Shown: piece by piece, positions 53,497-64,000 of the stretch
How the letters are laid out: every line of letters starts with the position of its first letter
Numbering within the stretch: the stretch's first letter is position 1
Assembly (NCBI RefSeq): GCF_964355755.1
Contig: NC_092677.1
Location: 27,949,175-28,013,174, forward strand
Direction: 5' to 3'
Source of the DNA: Antedon mediterranea
Lineage: Eukaryota > Animalia > Echinodermata
DNA: 64,000 nt
Made by a program: the position numbers and the translations under genes
The notes under the pieces: generated by a model
The model's database searches: none
Told to the model about the DNA's origin: nothing
What the model saw: only the letters and a program-made list of their open reading frames with translations

Positions 53497-54595
53497 TTTT
53501 CGGGAGTCAGTGTGAATGAATGATGAATCGTCATGATGAATATAGAGGGCGGCAAAGCAAAAAAAGTTCTCTCTCTGCTGCTGCTGCTGCTGCATGCTCT
53601 GCATGCGATGTGCGTCAACTTGATAAAATAAACAGTTCATGTATAATACATACTTTGTTACATGCTTTATTGTACCAGACCTTTTTTGGAGGTTTACATG
53701 AATTTGACGTGTTTTAACGGATTTGATGAATTTTAAATTCACCAAAAAAATACCTCGCGCAATCGACATTTTGATAATTTTAGCAACTAATCGGATGTAA
53801 TTAATGTATTACATAATACTCTTCTAAAAAACACAATTCAGACGTAAACGTGAGTTGGAAAAATTGTTTTACTCTAAACCAAAATTTCGGGAAGTTTTAT
53901 TGATATTCTTGAGATGGATGGATGAAAGTTCGCAGAAATCTGGAGAGTCGGAACGTCTTTAATTTACAGAAACAAAAACGTATTCTTTTTTGCAATCAAA
54001 ATAATATGCTACACGGTCACTGTTGCTTCATTTGTATCTTTTCTTTTCTGAAAATGGACGACCTCGGGATTACTTTTAATTTCGAAATTGGCATATTTCT
54101 TCAGTATTAAACGTTTTTAAAGTATTAGGCCTACTATTATTAGTAGCGAATACTCCTATGGAACGATTAAAAGGAACCACCATCTAAGAGAGGCAGAAAT
54201 GAGGGCCCATGATCAAACTGAAATCCCAACCAATTCATTAATCAAACAAATAATACTTTTTCAAAACTACGTATTACTCAGATTATTAAAGAATTATATA
54301 AAAAGATGATGATACACACGTCACACATCTTCTGAGATTTCATCTAATGAATATTCATTATTCTGAGTCACTCGTACCCAATTAAAACACTTCGCAGTAG
54401 TTAAGCGCGCAGAGACTACGACTAGTATTCGCGGGACGATTGCTCACAAAAGTTTCACGGCGGCGGAGAGAGAGGGGTGGTGAACACACATTTATGCGGA
54501 GGTAAAAGGCAGTTTTTGCGGGAGGAATACACGCATCCAGGAGATAATACTTCAAACTTTTTAGGCCTGGGAAGTAATTTAATGTACATCTGAAT

Positions 54596-57500
54596 ATGAA
54601 TCAGAAGTGGTATCGAGGTGGATATTTATTCGTGAAACAGTCTGCTAAAGACCGTAAACGAGGTTTAAAGGTATGTCAATAATTTGTACAACTTAAATAA
54701 CTGTATTTATATCAATAATATAATTCTACACTTCATTGAATTTTGTCAATCGAGTCGGATTATTTATTGAAAAGGAGTGTCGATGGAAGGCATGCATTGC
54801 TGCTGTAATTATATAGTGTGGAGAGTGGGCCTATAATTCCAAAATCTTTCTAGGTCAGGCTATATAAATTAGCGCAGTAAAGTGTACAATTACTAGCATA
54901 TTTATTATCATTATTGCCCTATATTTACTAACCATACTTACTAGCCGCTAGAGCTTGAGTAGACAGGTTTTATTGTATAAATGATGTATTTTTTGAATTA
55001 TTCTGACGGAGTCGGAGTAGTGTACCCTCTCAGCTATGTGTGTATAGGCCTAGCAGCAGTATGCCCTCTGATCCTCCTCAGGCTCTGCTGACATGACGTT
55101 GCCTACTGACTATTTTTATTATAACTAATATTAATATTTCATCGAAAACGTATAATTATAATTATGCTACCCTAACAAAACAATAAATTTAACAAAAACT
55201 TATTTTCACCTCCATTATAAACTAACTTAAAATAACTTTTTAAATGTCTACAGTTTGAGTATAGGCCTTGGCTAGGGCCTAGACCTGGGTTGGGCCTATT
55301 ATTGTGTATTATGCACTCTAATAGATATGATCCTGCTGAACAGGAGGAACAAATTACCTGCTAGGAATAGGATGTGTAGTCTAGACACACGTAAAAATAT
55401 GTCTAGTTAGTAAGAGTAGTTTTATAGTATAGTGGTATACAGTTTGATTTTGAAGTATAGAAAAAATGAGGGTCTCGCCTGTGTAACATAATTATTACAC
55501 ATTCCTTACTGCTAGTAGTTTTAAAAAGTTACTTGTTAATATTCCTATCTTATTGAATGATGGACGAAACACAGTTATTAATATTATTCATTATGAATAG
55601 ATGTTTATTTTCCTATCCTACATTATCACCAACCCCAATTTTTATAAACTAAAACTTATGTTTGAACAAATTGTTCTCACACTATACCGTATAAAACAAA
55701 TTCAACAACAATTTTGACTTTTGAAGCTTTTCATCTCAAACCTTCTTAAACGACCGTCAAATAGTGTGTACTATTGCACGCCATGTGACCCACAATCATC
55801 CAACCAAATGACAGGAATTGGTGTTATATAATATAAATGATTCAATTCTGTGTGCCTGCCCGTGGGTATATGGTAGGAAGACAATGTTGAATCATCTTTA
55901 TTAATACACCGTTGACCGAGGTTTCCCTGCATGAAATCATCTTTTACAGGACATATTGTTGAATAACAAATCCGGTACTGTAGGCCTACTAATTACCAAT
56001 GATACATCACGTAATATCTTGATTTCTCAGACAGCAAACCACTGGGCATATCACTGAGAATGTCCATGTGCTTAGTTTCCAGGACGGGGTGGACGTGATT
56101 ATAAAGCTAGTGCTGGCCACATGCAGCTACTGCAGTTTTAGTCATAATTACTTAAGTTAAAAATACAATACACTTACTTTTGTGTTGTTTTCAGGAAATA
56201 CCCCCACTTTACGCTTGAACTAAACCACGCGTTTAATGAAGATGAGCGCCTTACAATGAGACCACTGTCACATATGAGTGCAGTTAGCTCCATGATAATA
56301 ATGCTACACGATTCACTTGCCATTGCATATCATTGGAATGCACTTAAATATTAGCCTGTTGATTATGCATGATTGCAGATGCAATTGCAAGTAGACGAGA
56401 CATTCTTTAAAATGGCGTTTTTACCCTAAAAAGTAGTATTGTGTATTTCCTATTAATAATTTGTTTTAAAAAAGGAATGACATCAATGATGACTCAGGGA
56501 AGTGTTAATCACAGTCGGGCACAATAATTAATTCGCATTAATTTAACTATGATAGAATTACAGTCCCCGGGATGCGGAAAGATAATGTTTACAAATATAA
56601 AGCAAGTAAACAAAACTGTAGGCCTTTAGGCTAAAACAAAACAAAGAAAGCGTTTAAACACACATGTAGCAACATTTCTCACTTGAACTTTCAGACTCTA
56701 CATGCTGTGATTTTTGAACACAGAAAGTTGTCAAACGTGAGAGGGTCTGGCGCCTTCTCTACCTCTATAAAATATGAAAATGAAAGAAATTAAAACATAA
56801 GGTCATTCTATTTATGATAATGGTGTAATACTAACATGATTCCGTGCCAAAGTTCCACACAATCTAGGGCACACACCACAGAGTTATAAATAAAAATGCT
56901 CTAATTTGCTTAGTTAATTTTCAGTTACAAATCGTTTGCAAGTGGTTTGTAAAGATAAGTTGCATTAATGCTGAGGGGGTCAGATGCTATTAATACTGGA
57001 ACACCCATAACATGAAAGCATAGCCTTACAATAACCCCATGGGTCAGCCAGTAGGTCATGTACAGTCAAATACAACTCTGTTTAATTTTATTAATAAATT
57101 CTTAAACAACAAATGAAAGTTTTACTCGTTCATTTCTTGTGCTTGATCTTCTTGAGATTGATGTGGTAATTTGTTTTACTTACATAAAATAAATTACTTA
57201 TTAAATTAAGATAGGCCTAATGATACATAAAAATATAATAACTGTATTTTGGAGTACCGAACGCGTAAACCGAAAAACTGCACAAACCAATTATTAGGAT
57301 CCTAATAAAACAATAACAAAATAATACGGTATGTCATTGAAAGAACAAACCAAATAAAGATGGAGAAAGGGATATTTATTATTTACAGAATTCAACTAAT
57401 GTTTTTCAGCTCAATAATTATGTTTGAATTGTTTCGTCAATGATCGAATTGTTGTTGATTAGAGAGTGATTTGAGATAAAGAATAATGTAATATTTCAAG

Positions 57501-60500
57501 TGTTTTCTAAAACATTACAGCCTTCACGGAACCACAATGAATGATTCGACATCCTGACAAATCATCTTTATACTACGAAATGATTGGATTAAAAACAAAA
57601 AAGCTGAAGCACGGAAGAATGAATAACTATCAAATATGCTTCATAAAACGAGGGATTATCTCCATATTGAAATATCATTTTTTTTATTAAAGTGGCATGG
57701 AGTAGTAGATATGCATGAGGCCTATAATTTAATGATGATCAAGTTTGGGTTACAGGTTAAACATCAAAATATTCACCAAATAATCAAATAATGACTCACT
57801 CTTGAAATTTAAGACTGCATTACAAAATACGTATGGTAACGATTTTATTAATATTATTAGTTATGACGTTTGATTAGATTTTTTGTCCTAATAATAAACG
57901 GGCCTCGAGGCTGGTTTGTCTGTATAAAGCGAAGACGTGTCTTTCGTGAACAAAAATCAAATTAATGAGCGTTTTTAAGTAAAATCACATGAACTAATGT
58001 GACTGTCACGAATATCTAGAACATTCTAATTTGTGTGAATCAATATTGAAAATAATTAGCTGAAACAGATCGGTCACAGTTAATCGAAATGTTGAGGTAA
58101 AGTGAAAGAAAGGGAAAAGATGATTATGGACATAAAGATTACAGTATTAATGAGATTTAATAGGATATGTCATATTAAAGCAAAGTGTTTTAATAAAGGA
58201 CTTCTCGTCATCATCCTAAATTCTTCGATGACGTCATTCTATTATATTTCTATTGTACAAACGTCACTTGAATTCCTCAAAGTATAATTGTAAGACACTC
58301 ACTTGAGAATATTACGCTAATGTTTGAACTAAATATAATAATATAATAAATATAATATTTCTTGGAAATAATTCAATCAACGAACGCCTGATTAAGCAGA
58401 ACAAATTGTGTAAACAGTTTCTGTAGAAGATATTATTTTAAAGCTAATATGGTTCACATTCTAACCGTTTCAGCATGGGTCCCCGAGTATTTAGGAAGAA
58501 ATCATACTCTGTGCAGTCAATAGCCTACCTTGTATACAATACAAACCATATTATTATGAAACGAAAAAGTTTACATTTGTTTCACATGACATTTTGTCTT
58601 GTTTTCTCTTCTGTCCGTGAAATTTCACAGAAAACATATACACAATCGTCATTTCTCTTCAGGAACAACAGGAACTACTCAGCAAATTTGTTAATAAGAT
58701 TAATTAATTAACTATAGTCTTAAATGCCGAATCCAATTATCCTCGACAAATTCGAAATGCCACTGTTTTAAACGGAGTGATGGCTTTAATAGTTGGTCAT
58801 GATGACGGTGTCAACACACAATATAGACGTGCGCGTTGAAATACGGATGAAAAAAGTGCGTTTGTACGTTTGTACGCGGGCGCTGAAATATGGATGAAAA
58901 AAGTGCGTTTGTTTTTACGCGCGTGCGAACTTCGTTTCGTCTCTATGTTTTTTTTTTACTGAAAAGTAAAGCGTGAGAATAACATTTTATACACCTGACA
59001 TCTATTAGGAGTCTTAATCTGTGTCGTCCTACCGAAAAGAATCCAGCAGCAATCTTGATTAATGAATCATAAACGTAAAAATCTAAATATCGGATACGTT
59101 TGACATTGATCACTTGTAGGAAATTATCAAACAACATACAACTGATATCACAGCATTAATTAGTAAAAAAAGTAAAGCATATAATTACTACCGTCCGGTG
59201 TTGCTTATGGCTTCTTAATAATTAAACTCACTAACAAGTATTTTTTGTCGGGAAACGCACAAGATGAGACACCGCTGTTTTTAGCGAATAAAAATAAAAA
59301 ATAAACATTTTCTTAAGAACAAAGTATAGGTATACAAAACCAATGAGTGTTATACTTTCGTAATAGGCCATCAAAGAATATGAACTCTCGAAGGAAGTTG
59401 TCTACCGAATTTCATCAATGTGTAAAATTGTTTAATGGAGTTGATAAGCAGTGTTCGAGTTTACATACTCCACTGATGAGATAATGTTTGGGGTTTTACC
59501 GTAAAGTTGTCTACAAAAAACAAAAAATATCATTCATCATTCAATATTCATAGTTTTATTTACAGTCATTACATTATTCATTTTGCGCATTGTCAAAATA
59601 ACAATATTTGTATGCTGTTCACAATTTTCAACATTTTAACGGAGTTTACTACAAAAATGTTGTAAGACGCTGTAACAATGGTTGCATGTAAAATAATTGT
59701 TCCTTTTTGTTTTCTACAGCCATGGAGACGAAAATTCGTTGCAGTACATCAAAACGCGTGTACATCAGGCGTTTCACTTTTGTTTGAATTATACCAAGAT
59801 GAGTTTACGTACAGACAAGTGGCATGCGTTCTACTAAATGACATTACATCCGTAAAAAGATGCACGTCTAGGACCAATAAACACGCGTTTGCTGTGCTAT
59901 CACCTAGGAGACAGCTCTACCTGGCAGCCGATAGCGAGACGGATGCCTTGGAATGGATTGCTATGCTTAGGAAGTTTATGGTGAAGAAGGCAGCGACAAG
60001 AGATCCTATACCACACGAGTCAGAAGACGGTACGAATATTTACAACGTTTTGATTTTTTGTTTAATCTAATTCTAGCACCATTATAAACCAACGAACCAA
60101 ATTTCATTTGTACCTCGTTGTTTAATCTAATTCTAGCACCATTATAAACCAACGAACTAAATTTCATTTGTACCTCGTTGTTTAATCTAATTCTAGCACC
60201 ATTATAAACCAACGAACTAAATTTCATTTGTACCTCGTTGTTTAATCTAATTCTAGCACCATTATAAACCAACCAACTAAATTTCATTTGTACCTCGTTG
60301 TTTAATCTAATTCTAGCACCATTATAAACCAACCAACTAAATTTCATTTGTACCTCGTTGTTAAAATGACAATAAATAATATTGTATCGTATCAGCATGT
60401 AACTGATTAGTTTTCACTCCTTTTGTTATACTTTATTTCCAGACGGTGTTTTCAATATTTCAATTTTGCCGAATGAGCACTCGGAAAGGCTCGAGTTGTA

Positions 60501-62324
60501 CGAGAATTACCGAATGACCGTAAACAGTCCGTACCTGTGCCTTCACAACTCCAGAAGGATCGTACTCCAATGGAAACTTATTAATCTAAAACGGTTCATG
60601 CTGACTAAGAAGTGTCACGAAAAGGATAGGGACAAGATCTTATACATTTCAACCAATTCGTAAGTTACTTGTATAATTTAAGGAAATTTCACGACGATCC
60701 CTAGGATCAAGGAACTACTGCAACAAGGGGTTTAACAAAAGGCAAAATAATTAGTGTTTAAAAAACTGTTTACTGTACTGTTTTATTTTGCAGGCGATGC
60801 AAGAATGGAGAATGCGAGATCGTCATGTACTGCAATCGTGGTAAACAAATAATACCGAAACTCCTTGAAGAAGTAAGCCGCAACAGACATGCCAGGATTT
60901 CAAGACGGCGATCGATTACGTCATCTATGATCTTTGACATCACTCCAGAAGACCTTGCTAGACTTGGGACAATCTCTGAGAGTTCGTCTGATGACGACAG
61001 CAGTAAAAAGGGAAGTGAATCCAGCAAAGATATTGACACACCTGGAAGAGATGTCCGGCCAAAGTATAGTCCAGATGGCGTAATGCTACGACAGAATCGA
61101 CAAACACTTCAGAAGTCAATGAATAGGCAATGGAGGACTCCAACTGTTGGTAAACCAATGATAAAGAAACGTCGAGCACCAGCCCAGGCCCCGCCCTCAC
61201 CATCATCGTCGTCATCGTCAGACAAACGGTCTCTTGAGTATTGTCCTTCTATCGCGTCATCGTCTAGTACCGTGACGTCAGACTTTGATTTTAGTTCAAT
61301 ACCAGAGGATGACATCGCTTCCCTTTCAGATCGTTCTCAATGTGGAACCTTAAAAGCGACAGGAACCAACGACTCGTCGGTTAAATCATCTTCACCGCCA
61401 ACAGAACAACGGGCTTACAAAGGGACGGCGCCAATCACACCAAAGCCTATACCTCCTCGGCCAAAACATCCACCAAAATTATCGCCATTGTTACAAGCTA
61501 AATACATAACGGGTTCTGTTGAGAAACTATCGTCTAACAAAGAAAACCGTGCCAATTCTCCGCCGATGTCACCAAAATCTACTTTATCAGCAAACAGTTC
61601 ATTTAGCAGCATCGATATAAGTACCTCTCCTCCAATACCGCCAAGAAGACGAAAACAAAAACACGCCACGCTCGAAAGATGCACCAACATACATACTGAC
61701 TTGCAAAAACAGTCTGAGTCAAAGCCTACGTTAATGCAGATTGCAAACGGAGAAATAACAAGAAAATCTTCTACTTTGAAAAGTGATCGTACAGATAACA
61801 AATCTGCTCTAAGTGACGTTACAGCAAACGGACACGTTGAGAATTATAACAACAACGCGTCCGCGTCTTCTTCTGACGACGACACTGCGTCGGAAAAAGC
61901 ACGCTATTCAGATGATTCTGGTGACGTCATGGGAGGTAACTGGTATTATGATATTCGTCCGTATATCAGTACTAAGAAGGAACAAATTGAGGTTAAAGTT
62001 GCCTCGGTTGATAAAACCGTTCAAACTGAGGCACAAAAAAACGACATTTCGTCACAAACTTCAAAACCTGAGAAAGATGATAAGAAAGAGAACTTTGTTA
62101 CCACAGCGGATGAATATGAAAGTGATGTTAGTGAAAATAGTTCAGATATGATTGACGTAAAAAAGCAAAAACAAATATCTATAGTTCAAAGTCAAAAGGA
62201 TAATAAAACTGTTTCCGATAATAAACAACAAGTCGAAAATACAACAAAATCTGATGTAAACATCGGAACAAGTAACGAAAATAAAATAAATACTATAGTT
62301 GATAAGAAAGATGAATTAAGCTGA
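54596..62324 (+). CDS. DOK/IRS-family docking protein (PH + IRS-type PTB + long Ser/Pro-rich tail), about 710 aa
   Basis: Exons 54596-54670, 59720-60029, 60443-60659, 60794-62324 (2133 nt, phase-consistent). PH: GYLFVKQ..PWRRKFV..HAFAV..LYLAADSETDALEWI; PTB-like: F.ISILPNEHSERL..LQWKLINLKRF..SRCKNGE; tail with PPIPPRR. Confidence 0.75.
60060..60362. repeat. 60-bp minisatellite x5 in an intron of the DOK-like gene
   Basis: TTTAATCTAATTCTAGCACCATTATAAACCAAC(G/C)AAC(T/C)AAATTTCATTTGTACCTCGTTG, aligned line over line in the listing. Confidence 0.97.
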
Positions 62325-64000
62325 ACGAATACAGAAAATAATTTAATTTACATTGGACTAAGAACAGTTTCATTATATGAATTGGTGGGGAGAGCCACGG
62401 TGATCTGACAATATAACATCAAACAACATGAACTTAAAGAAAAAGAAAGAGAGTTTGTCAGAAATGCTAAAATGTGAGGAAACTGACACAGCTAAAAGTG
62501 ATTAAATCGAAACTGATGGATTTATTCGTAGTAAAGGTTTACGAAGCTGGACCGAACTGTAAAAGTCATTAAAGCCGCCAAAAAGTACATCAAATTGACC
62601 TAAAGACCTGCAAAATAAAGTGATTTTATTGCAAAATCACACATTTTATTCCAAATACACGTGATGACGTGGTTCGAAAATGTAGAAATGACAATTTGGA
62701 ATCATTTTGTTGAGTTGATATCAATGTCGTTTGTGTGGAGTGAGGAGGGACGATGATCTGGTGAAAAGAGTTTGCAATGAATTGATAAATAGTTCAATGA
62801 GCAATATCTCCCGTCGAAGTTGTTGCGTTTGCTGTTATCAATTTGAATTAATTAGATTGTTGTGAGACTTTATGAAACATTGTCTTACTTAAGTCTTACC
62901 AAGGTGACTTAGATTGCTTTGGTCTTACTCTGTGTGACTAATGTATACGAGGTTTGTACTAATTATAAGCAATGTTTTTGGAAATGTTTGGTTGTTGAGA
63001 AATGTTGGATTTGAGAAAAGTTGGTTTTGAAAAAATTTAAATGAGCTTTTCAGAATTTAAAATGATTTGTAGGTGCTTCTTTGAAACAGGAAAGCAATGA
63101 TAATTAAGCAATTATGTTTTGTATTCACTTAGTGTGATTTATATCACTTGTGAGCCGTGACAACTTTCTACGAACTTATCCTTAATTAGCAACTTAAATA
63201 CAGCATCTTGATTAGAGATAGCGAAACCTGGCGAGTTTGATTCGATTAAATGTATACTTGTAAATTAATTGTAAATAGACACAAATTGTTTTTTGCATAA
63301 TTATTATTAAGTTGAATTAGCAGATAGGATGACGTTTAGCACGGTACCGAGTGGTACCAAACGAGTTGGCTAACTAACAGAGAACACAACAATTATAATT
63401 AGTTAAACTTTGACGTTATCTATTTCTTAATATCATAAGTGCATAAGTTCAAAACTTAAATGATATCATGTATGCACTGGTTACCGGCTAATGTGATGGA
63501 AAAATGTTAAACTGGCATAATAAATATTTAGTTTATGCTTAACTTGTTAAATTATTGGTATACGCATCGCTGATTGGTTAATTGAGATTGAAAAAAGTTG
63601 GCCTGGAGTTATCATGTGCTAAGTCAGTTTATGGTTGGATATCCCTGTCTTTTTTCCTCTATCGATAAGAAGCAAAACCTCTAACAAACCCCTTGGGACA
63701 AAGGACCTATATAAGTGCTATCTTTTCCAGAAACACCGACTCAAAATCAGTATTCTTTTTTCAATGTTAATTAGGGTTAATCTATCGTCAGAAAACGATC
63801 TTAATTAGCATACGGGTTGTGATCACGTTTTAGTACAAAGTATCCTAAAGTTGACAAATGACAGGTTTAAAAACGGCGACGATGACTCTACTTTACAGTA
63901 CTTTAACACAAAGAACATTCTTAGCTAAAAATATGGATTTCTTATTCTCAACACAATTTGTGGTGCTTAAGTTATCTCTGATCAAATGTTATTATTAGTA

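Noticed and set aside
60006-60398. 130-aa ORF with 20-aa repeats
   Set aside because: Antisense translation of the 60-bp intronic minisatellite.

Overview
AT-rich, intron-containing animal genomic DNA, probably an invertebrate deuterostome such as an echinoderm (inferred from gene content and style, not proven). Nine spliced gene models were reconstructed by hand with phase-consistent junctions: MEGF8 (5' part, minus), CYBA/p22phox (plus, fragmented in the ORF track, with a U12-type intron), a scratch-family zinc-finger gene (minus, SNAG exon 7.4 kb upstream), NUDT21 (plus, one GC-AG intron), SF3A3 (minus), IST1 (plus), an intronless large Maf (plus), ZC3H3 (minus) and a DOK-like PH-PTB adaptor (plus). 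Introns carry many minisatellites, MITEs and Helentron-type non-autonomous elements. The most notable signals are: intronic repeats built from splice-site or branch-point mimics (IST1, MEGF8), a 4x stop/AATAAA/hairpin array at the IST1 3' end, a 5x amplified SFIS(L/V) motif in ZC3H3, a tRNA-like Pol III cassette inside a Helentron-type element, an in-frame upstream extension that could mask the scratch SNAG domain, and Maf-ZC3H3 adjacency as in human 8q24.3. No prokaryotic system or CRISPR array is present. All homology calls are from recalled sequences, not database searches.
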